Numbered from the stretch's first letter, positions 7,962-16,827 are shown. The stretch: 20,000 nucleotides of DNA from an uncultured virus (IMG/VR IMGVR_UViG_3300035423_000032) (IMGVR_UViG_3300035423_000032:44984-64983), one strand, 5' to 3'. A program made the numbers and translations. The notes: generated from the letters alone by a model not told the origin.

Positions 7962-8593
7962 TAACTTTCGTCCTTTTTATTTCCGAGCAGTAAGGTTAAA
8001 CCGTTTGCACCTGCCAGTTTCAAAAACTGTTCCGATGCTTGTCTGTTCTTTAAGGTTTCTTTTATACGGGGCATTGCTTTTAAAAATCTGCCCTTTTCAA
8101 ATACCCTGCTTTCGTTGTCCATTGCCGCAATTTCTCTCAACCCCGATATGTTTACACAATAGGCTTTAATTTCTTCCGACAGCTCGGACCAGATTTTACT
8201 CAACTTTGCCGTTCCGCGCCGATAGCTTTCGTCGCCGTACCTCAAATCACAGCTTGCGTCGTGAGTTTCATACAATACGCTTACTAACTCTGCCCAAAGT
8301 TCTTCGTCGGTCTTTTTGTTCGCGTTTACGAGCTTATCCACCTCGTCAAGAATGTTCTTTATTTTGGGTGCAAAGTCGGACGTTTTTATTGCATTACTGA
8401 CAGATTGGAATACTACCTCTCGCGGGTAATCTTTCAAAGTGTCGTACCAGTAAGCAATAAGCAACCTGCCTTCTTCTTCGCTTTGAAAATTGTACGCATT
8501 CTCAAAGTTTGTTCTTATGAGCATTATGAGCTGAGGAATATCTGTTTTTTTAAGGTTTGCCATCGTTGTTTTCTGTACCGTCGTCGTCCGCAT
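7961..8593 (-). CDS. Replicative helicase loader/inhibitor (G39P-like); start may be 8563
   Basis: WYDTLKDYPREVV..AIKTSDFAPKI; directly follows the replisome organizer. Confidence 0.75.
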   Translation of the reverse strand: MRTTTVQKTTMANLKKTDIPQLIMLIRTNFENAYNFQSEEEGRLLIAYWYDTLKDYPREVVFQSVSNAIKTSDFAPKIKNILDEVDKLVNANKKTDEELWAELVSVLYETHDASCDLRYGDESYRRGTAKLSKIWSELSEEIKAYCVNISGLREIAAMDNESRVFEKGRFLKAMPRIKETLKNRQASEQFLKLAGANGLTLLLGNKKDES

Positions 8594-9398
8594 CTTCTTC
8601 TGCGGCGGCTTGGTTAAATAGGTTTTTTAATATATCAGTACCACACTCTCGCGCTGCACCTTTACCTTTCTTCGTGGAAGGGTTCTCTTTAAAGTCGTTA
8701 TAATAACCTGTAAGAATTTTCTTATAGTTCTTACAAATCCACCCAAGGTTTTTTGCGAAAGGTCTGTCCTGTAAGAATGTTTTGCTGTCTTCATAGAATT
8801 GAGCAAGTAAGGTAAAGTCTATATCTGAAACTGTACCGTCATACCCGTCAACTGTTATGTTGAACCTTTCGCAAAACTCTTTCATTCCCACAATCTCGTC
8901 GCCTATACGCGCGGGCATAATATCTATATCTTCATCTGCATCTCTATCTGCCTCTATTGGAATTTGGTTTGAATTTGGTTGTAATTTTTCCAACCCGTCC
9001 CCTGTTCCAAGTTCAGCATTTTGTTTCTGTCTTCGCTTATAAACGTTGTTATATGTTTCACTTCCGATTGAACCTGCGGCTTGCGGCAAGAACCCGTCGC
9101 CGTCATTTTTTTCAATTAAAAGCCCTTGTATCCGAAGATAATTTATCGTTACGCGAACGTTTTCTTCGTCTTCGTCCAGCTTGTTAGCCATTTCAGCTTC
9201 AAACGTTTCTTCGATTCCCTCGTAGATTAAATATCCGTTACACTCAATACTTAAAAGCATAAGTTTCAAGTAGATAATCGTGTATGTATCTCCGCCTGCA
9301 ATACGGCGCAACTTCTTAATGCGCGCGTCGCGGAAAAAGTGTCTGTCGAGCTTTAACCAGTAGTACCTTTTGTTGTTAATCTCGTTTCCGTGTGCCAT
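8550..9398 (-). CDS. Phage replisome organizer / replication initiator
   Basis: RYYWLKLDRHFFRDARIKKLRRIAGGDTYTIIYLKLMLLS N-terminal domain; GAGGTG RBS before ATG 9398. Confidence 0.9.
   Translation of the reverse strand: MAHGNEINNKRYYWLKLDRHFFRDARIKKLRRIAGGDTYTIIYLKLMLLSIECNGYLIYEGIEETFEAEMANKLDEDEENVRVTINYLRIQGLLIEKNDGDGFLPQAAGSIGSETYNNVYKRRQKQNAELGTGDGLEKLQPNSNQIPIEADRDADEDIDIMPARIGDEIVGMKEFCERFNITVDGYDGTVSDIDFTLLAQFYEDSKTFLQDRPFAKNLGWICKNYKKILTGYYNDFKENPSTKKGKGAARECGTDILKNLFNQAAAEEDADDDGTENNDGKP
8957..8993. repeat. Short iteron-like repeats within the initiator gene (candidate phage origin)
   Basis: TTGGAATTT/TTTGAATTT/TTGTAATTT at 11-bp period plus inverted TTCCAA, in the linker region. 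Confidence 0.4.
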
Positions 9399-9420
9399 AC
9401 ACACCTCAAAATTCGTTATT

Positions 9421-9508
9421 TGGTCGCGGGAAATGCCCCTTTTTCGCGTTTTTCAGCGGACCGCGACTATTTACCCGCCAAAACCCTTCGTGTCGTAAAG
9501 GGGCATTT
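9421..9508 (-). other. Structured intergenic element between recT and the initiator
   Basis: 12-bp perfect IR 9431-9442/9497-9508 interleaved with 7-bp IR 9423-9429/9461-9467. Confidence 0.55.
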
Positions 9509-9525
9509 AAACGCTTAGTTGTTGA

Positions 9526-10629
9526 TTAGTTCTTCTTGTTGAAAAAGGCATCTTCAACGGTCTGCTGACCTTTGGTAGATTTGCCTGTTTTCTTGCCTTT
9601 CGCCGGGGACTGCTCTGCGCCGTCGGTTTCCGAACCACTTTCTTCGTCTTCGTTGTCAACGCCTGCTCTCTCAGCCATAGCCGCGATTTCTTCGTCGTTG
9701 GGTTCGCCGTCGATAACGATAACGTCGCCAAGGCTTTCTTCGTTCTCGTTTCTGCTGTCGGAATAATGAATAGGCGCGTCGGGTGAAAGTTCTTCTCTGA
9801 AACCGCCGTCCGATTCGTATGCTTTCTGGAAGTCAACGGACATTACGCCCCATTTACCGATAAGCTGGCGAATCATAGTCTTTCTCGCCATTCCGTCGAA
9901 ATCAACGTACCAGAAAGAGCTGTACTTCCAAGCGTCTTCGGGCGGATATTTACCTGCAAGGTAGTCTTCATATGATACACGCGCAACCTTGGGGTTGTTT
10001 GACTTAACCGCGTCGAGCTTGAATGCCTTGCTGTATCTTGCAGCGTGCCGTAACATTTTCTTCTTTGACCAGTAGATAGCCTTGAAGAAACCGCCGTGCG
10101 CTGCGTTGTAACGGAAGAATGCGTAATAGCCGACTGTGGGAGTCTTCTCGCGCTGTTCGTCGTCTTCAATGGGTCTGAATTCATAAACTTCGTTTATGTT
10201 GTCGATTTTTACGACTTCGCCCTCTTTGATTTCAACGACGTTTAACTGCTCGTAATAGCCCGACCTTTCCGCAAGCTGTACATAACCTTTCCAGCCAAGG
10301 ACGAAAGTTGCAACCGTGCGGTCATTCTTCTTGTCCTCGAAAGGTAATATGTAGCAGTGCCCGATAGAAGGCGACATAGAGAGCTTTAAGGCGTTTGCCA
10401 AAAGTCCTGCGCTTACAACCGTCGGGAAGTCGCATTTCTGCAACTGGGGATTGACCGCTACTGCCGAGGAAATGCTACTTATAAACTTTCCCGCCTCGTT
10501 CTCGTTACCTATCATTGAAACGATAGAGTTCTTGTTTTCAACCTTCTGCAACCACGCCGAGAAACGCTTGGGCTGTTCCTGCGGGGCGGGTTGCTGTTGA
10601 AGACTTGTTAAAGTGTTCTTACCTGCCAT
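9526..10629 (-). CDS. recT: RecT-family single-strand annealing recombinase
   Basis: LSMSPSIGHCYILPF...LGWKGYVQLAERSG...GMARKTMIRQLIGKWG; AAGGAG RBS; next to YqaJ. Confidence 0.93.
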   Translation of the reverse strand: MAGKNTLTSLQQQPAPQEQPKRFSAWLQKVENKNSIVSMIGNENEAGKFISSISSAVAVNPQLQKCDFPTVVSAGLLANALKLSMSPSIGHCYILPFEDKKNDRTVATFVLGWKGYVQLAERSGYYEQLNVVEIKEGEVVKIDNINEVYEFRPIEDDEQREKTPTVGYYAFFRYNAAHGGFFKAIYWSKKKMLRHAARYSKAFKLDAVKSNNPKVARVSYEDYLAGKYPPEDAWKYSSFWYVDFDGMARKTMIRQLIGKWGVMSVDFQKAYESDGGFREELSPDAPIHYSDSRNENEESLGDVIVIDGEPNDEEIAAMAERAGVDNEDEESGSETDGAEQSPAKGKKTGKSTKGQQTVEDAFFNKKN

Positions 10630-10651
10630 AATGATTTATTCTCCTTAATTT

Positions 10652-11443
10652 TTAGTCTTCGATTTTTCTGTACTCAATGTTGTTTTCATTGAGGAATGCA
10701 GCCAGTTTCTGGAAGTCTTCCGCCGAACCCTTAACTTCAAAACGAATGGTGATTTCGGTTTCTTCGCTGTCGCTGTTTTCGGCTCTCTGCGCCGCGTTCA
10801 ACTCTGCGACCTTAGCGCGGTCTTCTTTAAGCCTTTTGTTTTCTTCTATTGTCTGCGCCAAATTCAGAGTGCGGAAGTAGAAAAGTTTCAAGCCGTCGGT
10901 ATCTGCTGCGCCGAGCGAGTCAATAACTGTTAAGTCCTCGCGGATCTTACCTACTTTTTCGTCAATAGCCTTTGCTGTTGCCTTGAATTTTGAAGTAGCG
11001 TTGTACCACTTGGTGTCTTCGATTTTCTCGTAAGGCACAAGGTCTGCAAGGTCGCCGATAACTTCGTTGAAGTACTTGACTATCTCGGCTTTCTTTTCCG
11101 CTTTCGCCTTATTGTCGTGAGTGGTAATAATTTCGCCGATTCTGTCTGTTGCTTGCTTGACGGCGGCGATTACTTCTTTTACTTGCTCTGTGAATTTGTC
11201 GAGCGGTCCGCTGTAAATCTTTTTAATTTCCAGTCGTTTCTCGTCGAGCGATTTAATCCAAGCGTTAAGTGCTGCCCTGTCCTCTTTTGCTTGGGTTATA
11301 TCCTCGTCGGTATAAACCAAGTTCATGTAGCGCGGTAAAATCTCATTTTGCACACGTTCCAAAAGTTCTTCGTTGTTCCACGCTATCATTGCGGGAATCA
11401 TTTTTGCTACGTCATCTTTTATAATGACTTCAAGCTGTTCCAT
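10652..11443 (-). CDS. DUF1351-like coiled-coil phage protein
   Basis: IAWNNEEL..Y..LVYT....AKEDRAALN...KRLEIKK; between YqaJ and RecT. Confidence 0.82.
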   Translation of the reverse strand: MEQLEVIIKDDVAKMIPAMIAWNNEELLERVQNEILPRYMNLVYTDEDITQAKEDRAALNAWIKSLDEKRLEIKKIYSGPLDKFTEQVKEVIAAVKQATDRIGEIITTHDNKAKAEKKAEIVKYFNEVIGDLADLVPYEKIEDTKWYNATSKFKATAKAIDEKVGKIREDLTVIDSLGAADTDGLKLFYFRTLNLAQTIEENKRLKEDRAKVAELNAAQRAENSDSEETEITIRFEVKGSAEDFQKLAAFLNENNIEYRKIED

Positions 11444-11468
11444 AGAAATCTCCTTATATTTTTTTTAT

Positions 11469-12140
11469 TTATATCGGGGGTAATTTAAGTGGCGGTTCTT
11501 TTTTTGCTATCACATATTGCCAGAATTCGTCTTCCGCCTTTTCAAGCACTTTGATACTTTCTTCTTCTTCACTGCGTTCAAACTTATATTCTCGTTCCGT
11601 GATAACAAGTTTTTTCTTGCCATTCTCGTCGAGCGAATAACTTTTAAAGCGCACCTTTAATATGTAAAAGTCCCAGCCTGTCGTACTCAGATAATGAAGT
11701 ATTTGACAGTAATAGTAGTCTGGTATTTTGTCGTCCCACTGCTCCCAAGCCTTTCGGCTGTTCGGCTCAGTATGCTTGATTTCAAGTCCACCCTTGCGCC
11801 CGGTGGCTTTTTCAATAAGCCCACCGTCAACCGATGCGAATCGGTGTCCGCGTTTGAATACTGTGTCCTTATAGTCAACGAATTCATATTCGTCCGCATG
11901 CTCAATAGCGAATAACTGTGCAATAGGGTCTTCCGCCAAAGAACCTTCTTCCATTCGTTTGTTGGTTTTAAATGACGACTGCACCAAGCCAACCTTTTCT
12001 TTCCAAAGGTCTGTGTTCTTTTTCCAAGGGCTTAACCCAAGAACCGCCGCCGCGTCGCTACCGCCTATCCCTTTTGTGCGAAGCGCGTACCATTCGGGCG
12101 ACTTATATTTGATTTTTAATTCTTCAACTACCTTTTCCAT
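11469..12140 (-). CDS. YqaJ-like viral recombinase exonuclease
   Basis: EWYALRTKGIGGSDAAAVLGLSPW...ASVDG...LEIK...IPDYYYCQ. Confidence 0.92.
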   Translation of the reverse strand: MEKVVEELKIKYKSPEWYALRTKGIGGSDAAAVLGLSPWKKNTDLWKEKVGLVQSSFKTNKRMEEGSLAEDPIAQLFAIEHADEYEFVDYKDTVFKRGHRFASVDGGLIEKATGRKGGLEIKHTEPNSRKAWEQWDDKIPDYYYCQILHYLSTTGWDFYILKVRFKSYSLDENGKKKLVITEREYKFERSEEEESIKVLEKAEDEFWQYVIAKKEPPLKLPPI

Positions 12141-12412
12141 TTCTTTACCTGACACGCAATTCCAGCGCTTTCGGCTTCCATAAGTCCGTAATTGTGCCAG
12201 AATTCATCCCACCATTCGGTTGAAAGTCCACCCTTTGAAAAGTGCTCAAAGGCTCTATGCGGTGCTTGGTTAGCTATATAATCAAGGCTCTTGTGCCTTG
12301 CTTCAATGGCGGTATATACCGCACTACTGATAGGCTTTCTTCTTGTTTTAATCTTAATGGTGGGCTGCTTGATTATTTTTACAAAAATTATTTGAAACAT
12401 TGTTTTGCTCAC
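12128..12412 (-). CDS. Hypothetical protein
   Basis: ORF fills the gap between the MTase and YqaJ; weak RBS. Confidence 0.45.
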   Translation of the reverse strand: MSKTMFQIIFVKIIKQPTIKIKTRRKPISSAVYTAIEARHKSLDYIANQAPHRAFEHFSKGGLSTEWWDEFWHNYGLMEAESAGIACQVKKWKR

Positions 12413-12422
12413 TTGAAAGTTT

Positions 12423-13424
12423 TTATTTTATGCCGCTATCGGCACCCTGATTAAAGAGGTTAATCTGTGTACCCCCCCCCGCGACTCTCTTTTTGATAAT
12501 GGGAATGTATTCGGGGGAAAGTTCTATGAGAATGAAATCTCTGCCGTTTTCCTTTGCTACTTCGCCAGTAGTCCCACTGCCTGCAAACGGGTCAAGCACC
12601 GTTCCGCCCACTCTACTGCCCGCAAGAATGCAGGGTTTGATTAAGTCTTTCGGGAATGTTGCGAAGTGTGCACCTTTGAATGGTTTAGTGGTTACGTCCC
12701 AAACGTCGCGTTTGCGCCGTGTGGGTCTGAAATCGTAAGCGTGTCCACTCTTTGTTCTGTAAAACTTATCGGGGTTCTCGGTGTATTTCTTACCGCCGTA
12801 TCGAGGTAATTTTTCACCAGTCTGTTCCGTCGGCTCTTTAAAACGTTTTGACGTATAGTCAACAACTGGTTCTTCAATAGCCTTGTAATCGAAGTAGTAA
12901 TGCGCCGATTTTGAAAGCAAGAAAATGTATTCGTGTGATTTGGTGCATCTGTCCGTAACGCTTTCGGGCATAGGGTTCGGCTTATGCCAAATTATGTCCT
13001 GTCGCAAATACCAACCATCAGCCCTTAATGCAAGGGCGAGTAACCAAGGAATACCCATTAAGTCTTTCGGTTTCATTCCGAGAGAAGACGGCTTTATAAG
13101 CTCGTGCTTGTGCGTTCCGAGAATGCCTTTGTTTGTTGCTTGTATCTTCGCAAGCGGGGTTGTTTGTCCTTTACCCTTTCCGCTACCCGCGTAACTGTCT
13201 GCTATGTTGACCCATAACGTGCCGTCAGGCTTTAATACACGTCGAACCTCGCGGAATATATCGACGAGCTTTTCTATGTACTCGTCAACCGTCTTTTCAA
13301 GCCCGATTTGCCCCTCTACGCCGTAATCTCTTAACTGAAAGTATGGTGGTGAGGTTACACAGCAATCAACGCTATTTTGCGGTAATGTTTTAAGTTTTTC
13401 GAGAGCCTCGCCTTGAATAATCAC
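12423..13424 (-). CDS. N4-cytosine-type (SPPY) beta-class DNA methyltransferase
   Basis: TSPPY, IIWHKPNPMPES, HFATFP, DPFAGSGTT; GTGA coupling. Confidence 0.93.
   Translation of the reverse strand: MIIQGEALEKLKTLPQNSVDCCVTSPPYFQLRDYGVEGQIGLEKTVDEYIEKLVDIFREVRRVLKPDGTLWVNIADSYAGSGKGKGQTTPLAKIQATNKGILGTHKHELIKPSSLGMKPKDLMGIPWLLALALRADGWYLRQDIIWHKPNPMPESVTDRCTKSHEYIFLLSKSAHYYFDYKAIEEPVVDYTSKRFKEPTEQTGEKLPRYGGKKYTENPDKFYRTKSGHAYDFRPTRRKRDVWDVTTKPFKGAHFATFPKDLIKPCILAGSRVGGTVLDPFAGSGTTGEVAKENGRDFILIELSPEYIPIIKKRVAGGGTQINLFNQGADSGIK
12472..12480 (-). repeat. Second G9 homopolymer (TCGC-G9) before the QINLF tail
   Basis: + strand CCCCCCCCCGCGA 12472-12484, identical to 1888-1900. Confidence 0.8.
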
Positions 13425-15226
13425 GCAGCCACCTTTTTCTTGCGCTTACCTTGCGCCGATGCCGTTTTGTCGAATTCCAGATTAAGGTCTTTCATTGTCG
13501 GTATATTGTCTTTAACTACCGCAAGTTCGGGCACATTCGCCTTTACAAGAGCCGTAGCAACGGGCGGACATACCGCATTTCCAAGCCTTGCAACCTGTTT
13601 TGATTTGTTGTACGCTTTACCGATTTTGCTTTCTATGTCAATGCAATAATCGGCGGGAAAGCCTTGGGCGAGTTTCAGTTCTTCGGGTTCAAGCATTCTC
13701 ATTCCAACGTCGGAAATAAAGTACTGCACACCTGCAATTTCAAAAATAAGAAGTTCGTCCTTAGCTATGTTGTAACCCGCATAGTTGTTTAAAAGGTCGC
13801 GCACCATATCCCACTTTCCGAGATTTTGAGTAACGCCGACTTTCTGCAGATAAGTGCTTACTAAAACTTCGTGCGCCTTTGCAGTTACTGTGGGGAACTG
13901 TTCTCTTAAATCTGAGCACCCCATGTGATTACGCAATACGCATAAATGCTGTTCTACGAGATAGTGGCGAGGCTCAACAGTAACCGTTGCCAACGGGCTA
14001 TCGGGACTGCTTGCGTGGTCTGCGCCACCGTAATAGTGCATTATGTTTGCTGTCATAAGGTGTTCGTGATTCGTGCCCGTAATGGTAGGCATAGGCTTGT
14101 CTGCACCGCTACCCCTACCGTCCGCACCGTCGCCGTATCTACTGGAAAGATTAACGGAAACCAAAGCGTTGTGGTCAATTCCAGTTACTGTCGGCGCAGG
14201 ATCTGTTATGTCTGCGCCCTTCTGATAATCACCGCTGTAATGTTTTGCCAAGTACTTGGCTTCAAGTTTAGGCTCAATAAGGTAGTGGTGATTTGCGGAA
14301 GTCTGCGTCGACATAGGTTTGTCGGGGTCTTGCGCCGTATTCGAGTAGTTCATTTCCATAATGAACGGCTGAGGGTTCTTGATTACAAACTTATCAAGCC
14401 CACGCGCAATTCTGCGTAATGTGTTGGGGACAAGCACTTTCTTTCTTCCAAAAATGGACGGACATTCAAGCAACCAGTTGATGCAGTCTGCGGCGGTTCT
14501 GTAAGGTTCCAACCCCTTACCTTCGCCGTGTGTCGGTTCGGGCCATACGATAGGCTTTTTGTCGCAACGAGCAATAAGGTAGAAACGCTTTCTTATTGTG
14601 GGCGCGCCGTAATCGCAGGCTTTAAGCACTTTCCATTCGACTTCGTAACCGAGCGCGCGCAGTTGCTCAACAAATCTGTTGAATGTCTGCCCGGCGCGTT
14701 TTTTATCGGGTTCAAACTGCTGCTGTTCTGCCGAAAGCACTTCGCCTTTTTCGGCGGTTATGTACTTAGTTTTGCCTCCCACTTTTATGATTTCTTTTAC
14801 ACAACGTCCATTTACGCGAATAGTCTTTAAGGGTCCCCAAGTCGTAAATTCTTCGACGTTTTCAAGAATGATTACACGGGGACGGACCATTCCAGCCCAT
14901 TTGAGCGCAATCCACGCAAGACCGCGTATATTCTTCTTGACGGGCGTATTACCTTTCGCTTTGGAAAAGTGGGTGCAGTCGGGCGAAAGCCACATAAGAC
15001 CTACGGATCGCCCTTGCGTAATTTCTTTCGGGTTTACACCCCACACGTCTTCCATAAGGTGTTGCGTGTAAGGGTGATTAACTCCGTGCATTGCTATTGC
15101 ATCGGGGTTGTGGTTTATCGCAACGTCAACAGGCACGCCGAGCGCAAGTTCTATTCCCGTGCTTGCGCCGCCGCCGCCAGCGAAGTTGTCAACTATCATT
15201 TCACGCAGAAGGTTGTCTTGATACAT
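13421..15226 (-). CDS. C5-cytosine DNA methyltransferase (phage type) with repeated variable-region modules
   Basis: DNFAGGGG (I), SPDCTHFS (IV), LENV (VI), APTIRKRF (VIII), AQGFP, LGNAV (X). Confidence 0.93.
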   Translation of the reverse strand: MYQDNLLREMIVDNFAGGGGASTGIELALGVPVDVAINHNPDAIAMHGVNHPYTQHLMEDVWGVNPKEITQGRSVGLMWLSPDCTHFSKAKGNTPVKKNIRGLAWIALKWAGMVRPRVIILENVEEFTTWGPLKTIRVNGRCVKEIIKVGGKTKYITAEKGEVLSAEQQQFEPDKKRAGQTFNRFVEQLRALGYEVEWKVLKACDYGAPTIRKRFYLIARCDKKPIVWPEPTHGEGKGLEPYRTAADCINWLLECPSIFGRKKVLVPNTLRRIARGLDKFVIKNPQPFIMEMNYSNTAQDPDKPMSTQTSANHHYLIEPKLEAKYLAKHYSGDYQKGADITDPAPTVTGIDHNALVSVNLSSRYGDGADGRGSGADKPMPTITGTNHEHLMTANIMHYYGGADHASSPDSPLATVTVEPRHYLVEQHLCVLRNHMGCSDLREQFPTVTAKAHEVLVSTYLQKVGVTQNLGKWDMVRDLLNNYAGYNIAKDELLIFEIAGVQYFISDVGMRMLEPEELKLAQGFPADYCIDIESKIGKAYNKSKQVARLGNAVCPPVATALVKANVPELAVVKDNIPTMKDLNLEFDKTASAQGKRKKKVAA

Positions 15227-15230
15227 AGCA

Positions 15231-15881
15231 TTACCCCCAAATCAACCTATCTCGTCTGAAATCGTCGCCCATAATCTTGCGAATGCTACCTTTCATAAAG
15301 ACCCTTATTCCGCGCTTGTCGGCTTGCTCAACGATTCGGGTTATCCATTCCTTTTGCGGAATAACCTTACCTTTGCGGTTGCCTGTTTCCGCGCCGATTA
15401 TAAGCTGACGCGTTCTACCCAAAATCGAAGACAAGTCAAGCGGTTCAAGTATCGGCTCAATGCTAAGGAAGTCCGTTATCTCGTCTTCACCAAGCGCGTC
15501 GACCTGCGACTGCATTGTTATGGTCTTTCCGATAAAGAGCGGAAGTTTGCCTCCGTACTTCTTGCAGAATTCGTCGAGAATTGCATAGTCAATTCCATTT
15601 TCAATGGACTGTCCTTCTTGCTCGCGTTCTCCCCTTTTGGCTTGCTTTAACATTTCGCCGTAAGTCATTCCATTTAAAGCGGCGCGCGAATCGTCGTACC
15701 CCATAAGCCTTAACCGTTTCTTGGCTGTTCTCTCGCCAAGTTCACTGCTACCACTACCGCCTTGTTGGTACAGGTAAGGTATATCCGTGTAAATACAGTC
15801 AATACTCTTATCGGGAATGCGCTTTATGGCTTCGTATGCGTCAACGCATTGTATTGAGTTTTCTTCAAAGGGTCCTATCAT
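15231..15881 (-). CDS. In-frame fusion: N-terminal half of an N4/N6 MTase + C-terminal half of a DUF5131 (Gp37/Gp68)-like protein
   Basis: IQCVDAYEAIKRIPDKSIDCIYTDIPY...ILDEF then FLSIEPILEP...IIGAETGNRKGKVIPQKEWI...VFMK; no FxGxG motif. Confidence 0.78.
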   Translation of the reverse strand: MIGPFEENSIQCVDAYEAIKRIPDKSIDCIYTDIPYLYQQGGSGSSELGERTAKKRLRLMGYDDSRAALNGMTYGEMLKQAKRGEREQEGQSIENGIDYAILDEFCKKYGGKLPLFIGKTITMQSQVDALGEDEITDFLSIEPILEPLDLSSILGRTRQLIIGAETGNRKGKVIPQKEWITRIVEQADKRGIRVFMKGSIRKIMGDDFRRDRLIWG

Positions 15882-16165
15882 ACGCAAGCGGTAGCAACTT
15901 TGTAAAATTTAAGGTTCTGTTCGGAATAGGTAAATTTAACGTCAATTCCCTTTTTCTTCATTCTCTCGACAATCTCGTCAGGACCGTGGCGGCGAATTAA
16001 AGTCTTTATGTACTGCTCGGTTGTTCCGAGATATTCAGCCAACTTCGCACAAGTCAAGTTCTTTTCAAGCGGAGAGAAACTGCAACACTCGCCCTTTTTG
16101 CAAGGACGCACTGAGGGTTCACAGTTTACAATGCGCTGGCAGTTCCAGCATAAGTTTCCTTCCAT
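15878..16165 (-). CDS. Small Cys-rich/HTH-like hypothetical protein
   Basis: CWNC..C..C..C then TCAKLAEYLGTTEQYI. Confidence 0.7.
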   Translation of the reverse strand: MEGNLCWNCQRIVNCEPSVRPCKKGECCSFSPLEKNLTCAKLAEYLGTTEQYIKTLIRRHGPDEIVERMKKKGIDVKFTYSEQNLKFYKVATACV

Positions 16166-16170
16166 TGCAA

Positions 16171-16590
16171 CTAAACCCCCGTTACAGACTTCGGCACCTC
16201 GTCGTCAATGTCATTTTCCATAAACGGTTCGTAAGTGTCTTTGAAGAATTCGCCGAGCTTGATTTTCATTTGACCGTCGCGCCCAGCCTTTTTGTCCATA
16301 GTGCGAATGGTTTTTAAAAGGTTAAACACATGCTTGTACAAATGCGTAGTTACGGTGTCCGATTCTTCTTTCGTGCAAACATAATAACCGCCTTTATACG
16401 AGCCTATAACCTTTTCGAGTTCACCGCTATTGCGGATTTCCCGAATGTGTACACGCAGCGTGCGTTTAGACATACCAAACATTGCGCTCAAATCTTTTGC
16501 GCTGATGGCATTTTCCTTGCCGACGTGATTTTTCAGCTCGTCATAAAGACGGTAAGTGATACTTTCGTGGTGTTTAGTTTTAATCCCCAT
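16171..16590 (-). CDS. Winged-helix DNA-binding protein
   Basis: GKENAISAKDLSAMFGMSKRTLRVHIREIR...IGSYKGGYY. Confidence 0.8.
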   Translation of the reverse strand: MGIKTKHHESITYRLYDELKNHVGKENAISAKDLSAMFGMSKRTLRVHIREIRNSGELEKVIGSYKGGYYVCTKEESDTVTTHLYKHVFNLLKTIRTMDKKAGRDGQMKIKLGEFFKDTYEPFMENDIDDEVPKSVTGV

Positions 16591-16629
16591 ATTGTCAATC
16601 CTTTTAATAGTTTCTTTTGATTACCGCGC

Positions 16630-16827
16630 TTAGTCGTTCTCGGCGAGATAATCAATGCTTACCCCAAGCACATTTGAAATAGATTTCGCTATCACAAGAG
16701 AAGGTACTTTGTAACCGCTCTCAAAATTGCAGTAAGCAGGCTGAGAAACACCTATTGCTCTGGCTACTTCTCTTTGAGTTAAGCCTTTCTTTTCTCTTGC
16801 TGTTTTAAGTCTGTCGGAAACAGCCAT
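16630..16827 (-). CDS. Cro-like XRE HTH regulator
   Basis: LKTAREKKGLTQREVARAIGVSQPAYCNFESG; AAGGAGG RBS; first gene of the early operon. Confidence 0.92.
   Translation of the reverse strand: MAVSDRLKTAREKKGLTQREVARAIGVSQPAYCNFESGYKVPSLVIAKSISNVLGVSIDYLAEND

Noticed and set aside
16593..16598. TTGACA on the minus strand before ORF 16171-16590
   Set aside because: Lies between RBS and ATG with no matching -10
334..16620. Numerous plus-strand ORFs in the ORF track (e.g. 1809-2285, 6190-6558, 13946-14419)
   Set aside because: Antisense shadows of well-supported minus-strand genes; no RBS or motifs recognised
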